From Planctomycetota bacterium (lineage in GTDB: Bacteria; Planctomycetota; B15-G4): a DNA stretch of 64,000 nucleotides. The stretch is taken from assembly GCA_965248575.1 (NCBI GenBank), contig CBDFJQ010000002.1, positions 2,112,001 through 2,176,000 of the forward strand, given 5' to 3'. Below the pieces are notes generated by a model, which saw only the letters and a program-made list of their open reading frames with translations, had not been told where the DNA came from and did not search any database. This document shows, in pieces, positions 46,920 to 56,226 of the stretch. The stretch's first letter is position 1, and each line of letters starts with the position of its first letter. A program made the translations under genes and the position numbers.

Positions 46920-47987
46920 TCAGCCTTCGAGCCCCTTCAAGACATCTTGGATCCGGGCCTTGTTGGCGTCGTCGCTCACGAGCTCAAGAGCCTTCCCATA
47001 GAGTTCCGCTGCGCGGGCTTTGTCTCCCGTGCTCAAGCAAGCTTCCGCCAGGCTGTCGTGAGCGTTCCAGGACGACGGGAACTGCGCGAGGTTCGTTTCG
47101 AAGACCTTCATCGCCTTCTCCACCGCGCCGCTCTGAAGCAGCTGGTAGCCGATCGTGTTGCGCTGCGTCTCGTTGGCAAAGGGCTCGGCCTGGGACCGGC
47201 TCGCGAGGGCTGCGTCCGATTTTCCGAGCTTGTCCTGGATCGAAGCCTGCGTCCAATAGTTCGCAAAGGACGGCGTGGCAGATGCAGCGCGAGCCGCCCA
47301 GGACTCGGCCTCTTGCAAGTTGACGTTGTTCTGATCGCAGTAGGTCGCCGCCTGGGTAAAATTCTGAGACGTCCAGAAGCCGTAGCCACGCAGGAAGTCG
47401 TCGCGCAGGTAGGCCACGATGACGTCATCCGTCTTGACACCCAAGCTGAGCGGCAGCTCCGTCGTCTCCCAACGCAGGACGAGCGTCGCGCCGTTCTTGC
47501 TGAGGTCCTGGAACTCGTACTCGAGCCACTCCTGGAAGGTGCCTTCCTGGGGGTTGACCTCGACCCGTAGCGCGTCCTCGGCTGCGTTGTAGCTGTAGCT
47601 GCCCCAGGCCGTGCTGTTGTGGGAGAACACCACGGTCCAAGGTCCATCGGACTTCGGGAACATGTGCAGGCCGTAGTCACCGGCCGCGAGCGGTTTGCCT
47701 TGCACGGTCACGTCGTGCTCGAAGCTGACGACCGTGTTCTCGTCAGCACCAGCCCGCCAGGGTTGGGCCGCGTCGAAGGGCACGATCTGCGGATTGCCGA
47801 AAATGTTGCGGGACTTCACGCCGGGCCGACCGTAGTCGACTTGGATCTGCGTGACACCCACCACTTGCGAGGTGGTGCCGCGCGGACTTGGCATGGGCTG
47901 GATCATGCGAGCTTGACCGACAGCGGGTGCGCTGAGCAGTCCACCTAGCAGAACCGCTGTCGCGGCGAAGACGAGGGATCGAGTCAT
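46920..47987 (-). CDS. DUF2911-domain secreted protein with C-terminal TPR repeats
   Basis: Signal peptide, SPR...Q.VG...I.VDYGRP.VK.R.IFG and WRAGADE; TPR-like NTIGYQLL...NAHDSLAEA. Confidence 0.85.
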   Translation of the reverse strand: MTRSLVFAATAVLLGGLLSAPAVGQARMIQPMPSPRGTTSQVVGVTQIQVDYGRPGVKSRNIFGNPQIVPFDAAQPWRAGADENTVVSFEHDVTVQGKPLAAGDYGLHMFPKSDGPWTVVFSHNSTAWGSYSYNAAEDALRVEVNPQEGTFQEWLEYEFQDLSKNGATLVLRWETTELPLSLGVKTDDVIVAYLRDDFLRGYGFWTSQNFTQAATYCDQNNVNLQEAESWAARAASATPSFANYWTQASIQDKLGKSDAALASRSQAEPFANETQRNTIGYQLLQSGAVEKAMKVFETNLAQFPSSWNAHDSLAEACLSTGDKARAAELYGKALELVSDDANKARIQDVLKGLEG

Positions 47988-48288
47988 CGGGGCACACTCC
48001 TTCAACAGGGAAGATGGGGCGAGCCGGCAAACATGGCGGAGGGCTTCCTCGGGGAAGGGGCTCGTTTAACCGAACCCTCGCGCATGCTGCAGGATCGTGA
48101 GGCAGTGTGCGACTCCTCTCGCAGCCCGCCCAGCGGCAGGCCTGTGACGGCTGCCCTGTGGCCTCCAGCGGAAAACCCACAGCTCGCCACAGTTCTTGAA
48201 TGTCCCGGGTCGGGAGAGACAGGCTCCATTGATAGACTGCCCACCCCAGCTGTCCGGCTGGGTATCGAGCTGAGCGGGAGCCCTGAGC

Positions 48289-49434
48289 ATGAGCACGCCC
48301 AACGCGCCGAAGTTCCGCCTGAGCCGCGTTCTGCTTGCGGTCTTGATCACGTTGATGCTGTTGGAAGGCGGTTTGCAGCTCGCAGGCGTGATCACCGGAG
48401 ATTCGTGGCGGCTCCCCGCCAAGCGCTCCAAAAGCGAAACGGTCTACGTTTCCCACCCCTACATCGGTTGGACCCATCGCCCCAACCACTCCAGCGGACC
48501 CACGAGCATCCGCCAGGCCAGCACGAACACTTTGGGCTTCCGTGGGGCCGAGGTCCTGGCCAAGAAGCCGGAGCGGACCTACCGCATCGTCTGCCTGGGA
48601 GGTTCCACCACCTGGTCCACGGGCGCGTCCTCCGACGGCGAGGCTTGGCCCGCGCTCCTGGAACGACGGCTGAACAAGAGCCTGGGTGACTCAAGCGCCT
48701 ACGACCGCGTTGAGGTCATCAACGCCGGCGTCTCGGGATACTCGCTGATGGAGTCTTTCATCAACCTGAAGTTGCGCATCCTGCCGCTCGACCCCGACCT
48801 GGTGCTCGTCTACCACGCCGTGAATGACGCGCAGCACCTCCGACGCGGCAGCTTCAAGCCGGACTACAGCCACGTGCGCCGCAGTTGGACGGAACGAGCA
48901 GACATCACCCCCCTCGACGACGCGCTTCGATGGAGCCAGCTCTACGGCCTCCTGGTTGGCACCGAGTCTTCGCGCGAGCATGAGACCATCGGCAGCAGGA
49001 TCCGTGTGCCCAACTACAACAAGCTCCCCATCCGGGTGCAGGATGAGATCGAGCGGGGCGTCGAAAATTTCGCCTGGACGCTGCGGGAAGCCGTGGCCCT
49101 CTGCCGCTTGCACGATGTGGACATCGCCCTCTCGAGCTTCGCCTGGGTCCGGGAAGACGTGGGAGACGCCGCCATCAAGAGAGCGCCCTTGGCGGCCGCG
49201 CTTCAACGAATGAACCAGGCCATCTTCAAGGTGGCCCAGCTCGAAGAGACACTTTTCATCGACCTCCACGAGCGCGGCCCGAAGGCCGTGGCCTACTACG
49301 ACGACATGGTCCACTTCAACGACCAGGGCAATCGGCTGGCCTCTGCAGTGTTCGCCCAGAGCATCCGGGGCTCAGGACTGCTGAGGCGCACACGGCCACT
49401 CGGTCCCAAGGCCCCCTTGGGCGACGAGCACTAG
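48289..49434 (+). CDS. SGNH/GDSL hydrolase with an N-terminal TM anchor
   Basis: NTLGFRG, CLGGSTT, INAGVSGY, HAVND and DMVHF. Confidence 0.88.
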   Translation: MSTPNAPKFRLSRVLLAVLITLMLLEGGLQLAGVITGDSWRLPAKRSKSETVYVSHPYIGWTHRPNHSSGPTSIRQASTNTLGFRGAEVLAKKPERTYRIVCLGGSTTWSTGASSDGEAWPALLERRLNKSLGDSSAYDRVEVINAGVSGYSLMESFINLKLRILPLDPDLVLVYHAVNDAQHLRRGSFKPDYSHVRRSWTERADITPLDDALRWSQLYGLLVGTESSREHETIGSRIRVPNYNKLPIRVQDEIERGVENFAWTLREAVALCRLHDVDIALSSFAWVREDVGDAAIKRAPLAAALQRMNQAIFKVAQLEETLFIDLHERGPKAVAYYDDMVHFNDQGNRLASAVFAQSIRGSGLLRRTRPLGPKAPLGDEH

Positions 49435-49441
49435 CGGGGCC

Positions 49442-49581
49442 CCGCTGACCCCTGTGCCGGGACGCCCTGCTTTTTGACATGTGGTCTGCTGCTCAGACAA
49501 CGCGGCATGCAGACGCCACGAGAGCTCGCTTCAGCCCTCATGTCAAAAAGCAGGGTGTCCGTCAGCTCAGAGGGTCAGCGG
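49442..49581. repeat. Long imperfect inverted repeat between convergent genes
   Basis: GGACGCCCTGCTTTTTGACATG (49460-49481) pairs at 21/22 positions with CATGTCAAAAAGCAGGGTGTCC (49539-49560). Outer arms CCGCTGACCC (49442-49451) and GGGTCAGCGG (49572-49581) also pair. Confidence 0.85.
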
Positions 49582-50783
49582 CCAGAGCCATCGGCGTTGC
49601 TGCCCGCGGCGTCTTCCGACGAGTCATCGACGGGCTTGAACAGCGGATCGAACTCTCCGTAGCCCTCCGCTGCCAGCTCGCCTGCGGGAATGAATCGCAT
49701 GGCGGCCGAGTTCATGCAGTAACGCTTGCCTGTCGGCTCCGGCCCATCGTCAAAGACGTGCCCCAGGTGCGAGTTCGCATAACGGCTGCGCACTTCATCC
49801 CGGGAGTAGCCCAGCTTGAAGTCCTGCCCCAGCCGGATGTTGTAGGGAACGAGGGGACGCGTGAAGCTCGGCCAACCAGTTCCACTCTTGTACTTGTCCT
49901 TGGAGCTGAAGAGCGGCTCGCCGCTGACGATGTCCACGTAGATGCCGTCGGCCTTGTTGTCCCAGTACGCGTTGCTGAAGGAACGTTCGGTGCCGTCCTT
50001 CTGGGTCACGTCGTACTGCTGTTCGGTCAGCATCGACCGCAGGATGTCGTCGGAAGGCTTGACCCAACGCGCCACGGGCGGCTTGACGGTGTAGTTGCGG
50101 TCCTCGCCCCATACCCGATCGATGAAGCGGTCGCGGCCCGAGCCGTTGCGGTACGAGTGATAGCTGCTCGGGCTCTTCTTGTAGTAGTCCTGGTGATACT
50201 CCTCGGCCGGGTAGTAGATCGTCGCGTCGGACACCTGGGTCACGATGGGACGGTCGAAACGGCCAGACTGACCTAGAGTTGCTTTGGACGCCTCGGCCAG
50301 GGTCCGCTGCCGCGCGTCATGCACGAAGATCTCGCTGCGGTACTGATCGCCGCGGTCCACGAACTGCCCGCCCGCATCGGTGGGGTCGATCTGACGCCAG
50401 AAGATCTCCAGCAGATCGGTGTAGCTGACCAGCGCAGGGTCGTAGTGGATCTGGATCGCCTCGGCGTGTCCCGTGCCCCCACGGGAGACCTGCTTGTAGG
50501 TGGGGTCGTCCAGCTGGCCTCCGATGTAGCCCGAGATGACGGCGGAGACACCCGGAACCACCTCGAAGGGCTTCTCCATGCACCAGAAGCAGCCCCCGGC
50601 GAAGGTGGCCAGGGCCTCGACACCAGACGGCGCTGCCGCCACGCCCTGGGCACCCTCATGCGGCTGCTCATGCTCCTGGGCCTGGCCATTGCACCCTGCC
50701 AGGCCGGCCGAAAGCCCCACCAGAACGAGGGCACAAACGGAAGCGGACGCGAAGACGGAGACGCCGTGAATCGTTCTCAACAT
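49575..50783 (-). CDS. msrAB: Exported bifunctional peptide-methionine sulfoxide reductase MsrA/MsrB (lipoprotein)
   Basis: LAGC lipobox; MsrA GGCFWC and AEEYHQDY; Msr[19 protein letters not shown] and RYCMNS; ATG at 50783. Confidence 0.95.
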   Translation of the reverse strand: MLRTIHGVSVFASASVCALVLVGLSAGLAGCNGQAQEHEQPHEGAQGVAAAPSGVEALATFAGGCFWCMEKPFEVVPGVSAVISGYIGGQLDDPTYKQVSRGGTGHAEAIQIHYDPALVSYTDLLEIFWRQIDPTDAGGQFVDRGDQYRSEIFVHDARQRTLAEASKATLGQSGRFDRPIVTQVSDATIYYPAEEYHQDYYKKSPSSYHSYRNGSGRDRFIDRVWGEDRNYTVKPPVARWVKPSDDILRSMLTEQQYDVTQKDGTERSFSNAYWDNKADGIYVDIVSGEPLFSSKDKYKSGTGWPSFTRPLVPYNIRLGQDFKLGYSRDEVRSRYANSHLGHVFDDGPEPTGKRYCMNSAAMRFIPAGELAAEGYGEFDPLFKPVDDSSEDAAGSNADGSGR

Positions 50784-51017
50784 GATCGGGTTCCTGCGGG
50801 TGGGTGCCGTGAAGAGCGGGAGTGTTCTAACCCCGGCGAGCCGAGAATACGGTGTGATGCCGCAGCTCCCCGAAGGATTCATGGCATGGTTTCAGGGTAG
50901 CGCCCGCTCGGGCACACTCACGCTCCACCTTGACGTCCTCCCGCCCCGCTCCATGCGCTCCATGCAGCCCGTTGCCGGTCCGACAACTCGCCCTGCTTCC
51001 ACCGAGAGGTTGATCCG

Positions 51018-52061
51018 CTGAGAGGTCGCATCCTCGAGCTCGACGCCCTGCGCGGCTTCGCCGCCCTGGCCATCGTCCTGGCCCACGGGCTGATCATCCC
51101 CGGCAATCCCTGGGTCTTGTCGGCCGTCGACCTCTTCTTCGTGCTGTCGAGCTTCCTGATCACGACGATGATCTTGCGCTACCGGGAAGAGCCGGGCTTT
51201 CTGCGGACGTTCTACACCCGACGCTTCCTGCGTATCTGGCCGCCCTACTACGTCGCCCTGGGGACGTGCCTCATCCTGACCCAGTTCTTCCTGTGGGACA
51301 ACCAGACCGACGCGTGGCCCTGGTACGCAACCTTCACCCAGAACGTGCAGCTCTACTTCCGCCAACCCTTGCCCGAGATGAGCAAGCTGTTCTGGCACAC
51401 ATGGACGCTGGCCATCGAAGAACAGTTCTACGTGATCTGGCCGCTCTTGCTGCTCGGGGCCGGCCGCCCGCGGGTCGTGTTGACGGCCGTCGTGTTCATT
51501 CTGCTGCCGCCGGTGTTGCGTCACCTGAACTTCCTGCAGTACCTGCTCTTCACCCGCTCCGATGGCTTGGGGCTCGGCGCGATCCTGGCCTTGCTGCTGC
51601 TCGACCACGAGCGCTTCCAGCGACACATCGTCTCTTACCGCATCGGCTTCCTGGCCCTGGCCACCCTCGCCATCCTCTGGTCCTCCAAGGCGAGCGTAGT
51701 GGCGGGAGTGCCGCAGACCTTCTTCCACACCCGCGTCAACCTGATCTACTTCTCGCTGGTGGGGCTGCTGGTCAGCGGACAGGGCAGCAGGGCCCTGGCG
51801 ATCCTGCGCGACAAGCGCCTCTGCTACCTGGGCACCATCAGCTATGCCCTCTACGTCTATCACCCGCTCATCTTCGGCTCGATGTTCCGGCCCTACCGCA
51901 AGCTCGTGATCCGGGGTCTGGGCTTCGACGTGAAGTGGGTCGAGGAGGCGGTCATGCTGGCCCTCTGCTTCCTGGCTGCCGAGCTTTCCCGCCGTTTCCT
52001 GGAAGCGCCGATCTTGGCCTTCAAGGAAAAGCTGGCCTATAGGGCTCCTCGCGAACCCTGA
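51018..52061 (+). CDS. Acyltransferase-3 (OafA-like) membrane protein; probable CTG start
   Basis: RILELDALRG lies in frame upstream of the called TTG start; also VDLFFVLS, RRFLRIWP, HTWTLAIEEQFY and LGTISYALY. Confidence 0.88.
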   Translation: MRGRILELDALRGFAALAIVLAHGLIIPGNPWVLSAVDLFFVLSSFLITTMILRYREEPGFLRTFYTRRFLRIWPPYYVALGTCLILTQFFLWDNQTDAWPWYATFTQNVQLYFRQPLPEMSKLFWHTWTLAIEEQFYVIWPLLLLGAGRPRVVLTAVVFILLPPVLRHLNFLQYLLFTRSDGLGLGAILALLLLDHERFQRHIVSYRIGFLALATLAILWSSKASVVAGVPQTFFHTRVNLIYFSLVGLLVSGQGSRALAILRDKRLCYLGTISYALYVYHPLIFGSMFRPYRKLVIRGLGFDVKWVEEAVMLALCFLAAELSRRFLEAPILAFKEKLAYRAPREP

Positions 52062-52259
52062 TCCCTTGGGGCTTGCAGACAGCCCGTATCGGTGCTCCGA
52101 GCGCCCTCCGCTGCGCTCTCAGACCGGCTTGAGTGCCGCGGCTCGCCATCCGAAAGGGTCCTGGGGCCTGCTATCCTCTCGCGGCTTTCGCAATACCCGT
52201 GGCCTCGCACCGACATGAGGCCGCACACCAGGCACCCTGACCGAATCCCGGAGTCCTCC

Positions 52260-52874
52260 ATGCGTTCCGTTCTCTTCCCGAGCCTGCTCGTCGCGGGCCT
52301 CCTGCTTCCGGCCTGCGCCAGCGAAGCCAGCTCCGGGGACAGCAATCCCGTGGTGGCTGCTTCTCCCGCAGAGACAGGGGCACCGCCGACCGTGGCCAAC
52401 ACGGTGGAGCCCACCCTGGCGCCCGAGTTCGTCAACTACAACAAGGACCTGCCCAAGCGCGGCGACAGCTTGCCGACCATCCTGGGCAGCACCCTCTCGG
52501 GCGGCACGGTCAACAACGCTCTGTTCAGCGGCAAGACCACCCTGATCAACCTCTGGTTCTATCACTGAGGCGCCTGCCGGAAGGAGTTACCTTCCATTCA
52601 GAAGCTGCAGGAAGAACTGGGTGATCGGAACGATGTGGTCATCGTCGCGCTGAACACCGGCAACGACACGCTGGATGTCGTGCGGGAGTACTGGGAGAAG
52701 GAAGGGTTCAGCTTTGACGCTGTGCTCGACCCCGAAGGCTCCGAAGGCGACAACGCTCAGGCCCTGGGTCTGCGCGCGTCCCCCTCGAACATCGTCGTGG
52801 GCGCCGACGGCAAAGTGACGTACGCCTCGGTGGGCTTCGACGAGGATCAGATCCGCTACTACCTCGGGCTCTAG
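52260..52874 (+). CDS. TlpA/ResA-like thioredoxin-fold lipoprotein, probable selenoprotein (UxxC; UGA at 52566-52568)
   Basis: ORFs 52092-52568 and 52635-52874 share a frame. Reading through TGA gives INLWFYH-U-GAC-RKELP, followed by VALN and a cis-Pro ASP motif; lipobox LPAC. Confidence 0.88.
52579..52595 (+). promoter_or_regulatory. Putative bacterial SECIS hairpin
   Basis: GGAAGG-AGTTA-CCTTCC perfect 6-bp stem starting at the 11th nt after the UGA; the loop contains GU. Confidence 0.75.
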
Positions 52875-53128
52875 CTGATCTCCCAGACCAAGCCTGCGTA
52901 GGCACTCGCTTCCCGGCGAGCCTGCACCGACTTGATACGGCGCGCCCACGATCCGGTTTCCGGAACGTGGGCGCGCCGTTCTCGTTCAGTGCTCTCGCTG
53001 AGCCCCCTAGAGCAGCTTGCAGGAGGTGCCGAATCTCAGTCCCCGCAGCGACCGCAGAGCGCTTAAGCTGAAGGCCCGGGTCCTGCGTCCACATCCCCGG
53101 CCACCCTCTCCCCGGGTTCGCGGCTCTC

Positions 53129-55255
53129 ATGCGCCTTCACGTGCTGTGTACGATTTTCCTCGGGCTGTTGCTGCTCCCCGGGCCCGAAGTCAGTGCTCTC
53201 CAAGACAAGACGCTTTGGGTAGACATCGGCTCGTCCAGCACATCCACAGCCAATCCGGGGGGAACAAGCTGGAACAACGTCGACGAGACCACGCTCAACA
53301 CCTCCCGAGCCCTCATCGATGAGCTCGGCAACCCCTCGGGAATCACCTGGACCCACGCGTCGGGCGGCCTGCAGGGCATCAACTCCTCAGGCACCACATC
53401 ACCCACGGCAGCGAGCCCCCTGAGCGAGTTTCCCGGCTCGGCCACCCGGGACTCGGCCTACGGGAGCGGCAGCGGTTCAACAGCAGTCGTGACCCTGACG
53501 GGCTTTCCGCCCAACACGCTCGTGGACATCACCTTCGCGGCCTCGCGACTGGGCGTTTCGGACAACCGGACCACCGACTACATCGTGCAGGGCTTCAACG
53601 GCGCCGTAGTCTCCCTCGACCCGGCCAACAACCTCACGCAGGTGGTCAAGGCAAGCAACGTCTTGCCCGACGCCAGTGGCGCAATCACCGTGAGCATGCA
53701 GGCGGGGCTCGAGAACACGAACCCCACCACGCACTACTTCTACCTTGGGGCCTTGAAGGCCGAGCTCTTCGCGCAGGGAAGCCCTCCCTCGGTGCTCTCC
53801 TTCGACAGCCCACAGCTGCCCTTGGCCGTCACCGCTGGCGGCGGCTTCTCGACCTCCGTGAACGTGCTTGAGAACCTGAGCACCAACATCGGCTTCACTC
53901 TCTCAGCCATCGACGACGCCACGGGATTCACTCCCACTTGGTTGAGCTTGCCGAACTCGGGCATGACCCAGGCCCCGATCGCCCTCAGCGTGTCGGACCC
54001 GGGCCTTGGCTCCGACAGCTACTCAGCCACTCTGGTGGCGAGCGCCCCGGGCGTGGTGGACGCGACCCTCGATCTGCAGCTGGACGTGCAGATGCCGGGC
54101 GCCCTCAACCTGCTCTTCTATGGCAACAGCTACAGCCAGGGCAACAGCGGCATGCCCAGCCTGGCCGGCTTCATCGCCGAGGACCTGGGGCAGGCATCGC
54201 CGAACATCGTGGCCCAGCTCGTAGGTGGTCAGGCGCTCTTCTATCACCTGACGAACCCCGCCCAGGCCGCCGCCATCACCAGCGCCCTACCGCTCGGACA
54301 GAGCTGGGACTTCGTGGTCATGCAGGGCCTCTCAACCGAGGCCACGCAGATCGGAGACCCCGCTGCCTTCCGCGCCAACGCCCTGGCCATCCTCAGCAAC
54401 GTCAAGGCCCACAGCCCTGATGCCAAGGCGGTCATGTTCCAGACCTGGGCCCGGGGGCCGGAGTACCCCGGTTACCCCGTCACGTGGACCGGTCCGCTCG
54501 ACATGCACGACGAGATTCGCACCAACTACCGCCTGGCCGTGGACGACATGAACAACGCCTTCGGCTCCGGCACCGCCTTCCTCGCCGCCGCTGGGGATGC
54601 CGTCGCCCTGCTCGCCTTCGACCCCGACCTGTACACGAGCGACTGGAGCCACCCGGAACCACCCACCACCCTGCTTACGGCCATGGTTGTCTATCAGGCG
54701 GTTTGGCGCGCGCGGATCAGCGATCAAGACCCGGACTTCGGCGCGAGCACGAACCTCATCAACCGCCTGAACTCCATCGGCCTGTCTGCTGCAGACTGGA
54801 CGGCGCTGAGTGGCATCGCCGAGCGCGTCGCCGACGCATCCCTTCGCCGTCATCCCGGCTCGGGCGAAGACCTCCTCTTGGAAACGAGCGTCAACAGCGA
54901 CCCGCCCAGCGCGCGTCCCGTGAGCCAGGCAGCTTCGGGGGATTCCTTCCATGTGTCGCTGACCTCACCCAACGCGCTCTACGCCGACGAGCTGTCCCAC
55001 ATCATCTTCGATGTGTATCCCACCGGCTCACCCCCTGCCGCCAACCCCTCTTTCCCCGAAGTCCACATCAAGCCGAGCTACTTCATCGTGGCGACCTCGG
55101 CGCCTCTCGGCCCCGGCTTGCCGCTCACCGTGGTGGTTCCGCCCGCGGTCAGTGGGCTGAGCGTTCTCGTTCAGGGCGTCGCCTTGGGTCCCAGCGTGGA
55201 AACGGGAAACCAGGTGTTCACCACCACGGACGGTCACGAAGTCGACTTGCTGTAA
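53129..55255 (+). CDS. Secreted multidomain protein with an SGNH-like (DUF4886-like) domain
   Basis: Signal peptide, beta-rich N-terminal domains, then LFYGNSYS, WDFVVMQG, FQTWAR and SDWSHP, and a C-terminal accessory domain. Confidence 0.78.
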   Translation: MRLHVLCTIFLGLLLLPGPEVSALQDKTLWVDIGSSSTSTANPGGTSWNNVDETTLNTSRALIDELGNPSGITWTHASGGLQGINSSGTTSPTAASPLSEFPGSATRDSAYGSGSGSTAVVTLTGFPPNTLVDITFAASRLGVSDNRTTDYIVQGFNGAVVSLDPANNLTQVVKASNVLPDASGAITVSMQAGLENTNPTTHYFYLGALKAELFAQGSPPSVLSFDSPQLPLAVTAGGGFSTSVNVLENLSTNIGFTLSAIDDATGFTPTWLSLPNSGMTQAPIALSVSDPGLGSDSYSATLVASAPGVVDATLDLQLDVQMPGALNLLFYGNSYSQGNSGMPSLAGFIAEDLGQASPNIVAQLVGGQALFYHLTNPAQAAAITSALPLGQSWDFVVMQGLSTEATQIGDPAAFRANALAILSNVKAHSPDAKAVMFQTWARGPEYPGYPVTWTGPLDMHDEIRTNYRLAVDDMNNAFGSGTAFLAAAGDAVALLAFDPDLYTSDWSHPEPPTTLLTAMVVYQAVWRARISDQDPDFGASTNLINRLNSIGLSAADWTALSGIAERVADASLRRHPGSGEDLLLETSVNSDPPSARPVSQAASGDSFHVSLTSPNALYADELSHIIFDVYPTGSPPAANPSFPEVHIKPSYFIVATSAPLGPGLPLTVVVPPAVSGLSVLVQGVALGPSVETGNQVFTTTDGHEVDLL

Positions 55256-55308
55256 AGTCTTCGGTCCGACAGCGGCTGCTGCCTTCTCTCGAGACGGGGA
55301 CGAAGTTC

Positions 55309-56142
55309 TTGCAGGACTCACCTAGTTGCCCCGAGGGCGGCGAACTGCCAGCCGTCTGGATCCACGGCAGCGACCCAGTCAACGATCCAGCGCTCCAGGT
55401 CCACGCCTACAACGGCGACTTCTACATCCTTCGCCAGAGCATGTGCCTGAATTTCGAAGGGCCCTTCCTGTACCTCATCGTTGGCGAGCACACGGCCGTC
55501 TTGTTCGACACGGGAGCCAGCGGCGATCCCCCGGTCGCTGCCACCGTGCAAGGAATCCTGGCGCAGCGGGCGCGCGACAAGGGCATCGATCACTTCGAGT
55601 TGATCGTCGCCCACACCCACAGCCACGGGGATCACATCGGCAACGACAGCCAGTTTGTCGGGGCACCCAACACCACGGTCCTGGGCTCGGACCTCCCCGA
55701 TGTGCAGGCCGCCTATGGCCTCCCTGATTGGCCTGACGGAAAAGCCAGCTTGGATCTCGGCGGGCGCGTGCTCGACATCCTCCCCACCCCGGGTCACCAG
55801 ACCACGCACATCAGCATCTACGACCGCCGCACCCAGATCCTGCTCGCGGGCGACACCTTCTACCCGGGGTTCCTGTTCATCTCGGACTTCCCCGAGTATC
55901 GCAAGAGCATCGACAAGCTGGTGGCCTTCACCGCAGAGAACCCGGTGCGCTGGATCCTCGGCAACCACATCGAGATGACGGACGAGCCCGGTCTCATCTA
56001 TCCCTACGGCACCGAGGTCCAAGCTCGGGAGCGTGTGCTCCAACTCGAACGCAAACAGCTGCTGGAGCTGAGCGCGGCCCTGGCAGCCATGGCTGATGAG
56101 CCCGTTGAGCAAGTACACGATGACTTCGTCATCACGCCCTGA
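55309..56142 (+). CDS. Metallo-beta-lactamase-fold hydrolase
   Basis: LFDTG, HTHSHGDH, TPGH, AGDT and GNH. TTG 55309 is the first plausible start after the upstream stop; the ORF-track extension to 54484 is an overlap artefact. Confidence 0.88.
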   Translation: MQDSPSCPEGGELPAVWIHGSDPVNDPALQVHAYNGDFYILRQSMCLNFEGPFLYLIVGEHTAVLFDTGASGDPPVAATVQGILAQRARDKGIDHFELIVAHTHSHGDHIGNDSQFVGAPNTTVLGSDLPDVQAAYGLPDWPDGKASLDLGGRVLDILPTPGHQTTHISIYDRRTQILLAGDTFYPGFLFISDFPEYRKSIDKLVAFTAENPVRWILGNHIEMTDEPGLIYPYGTEVQARERVLQLERKQLLELSAALAAMADEPVEQVHDDFVITP

Positions 56143-56226
56143 CAAAGGAGAGGCCGCCGTCGCTCCGTTTGACGAAGCGGCAGCGGCCTCCAAAAGAACC
56201 GGCTTTTGCAGGCGGGTCTGTCAGAC

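Noticed and set aside
52566..52568. Pseudogene interpretation of the split TlpA gene
   Set aside because: The stop is UGA, at the catalytic position, with a correctly placed hairpin and an otherwise intact frame; Sec recoding fits better.
54484..55308. Apparent long N-terminal extension or fusion of the MBL hydrolase
   Set aside because: Arg/Pro-rich off-frame translation overlapping gene 53129-55255; the real start is probably TTG 55309.
55309..56142. MBL-fold gene as an antibiotic-resistance or BGC self-resistance gene
   Set aside because: Generic HxHxDH hydrolase with no signal peptide, more than 20 kb from the cluster.
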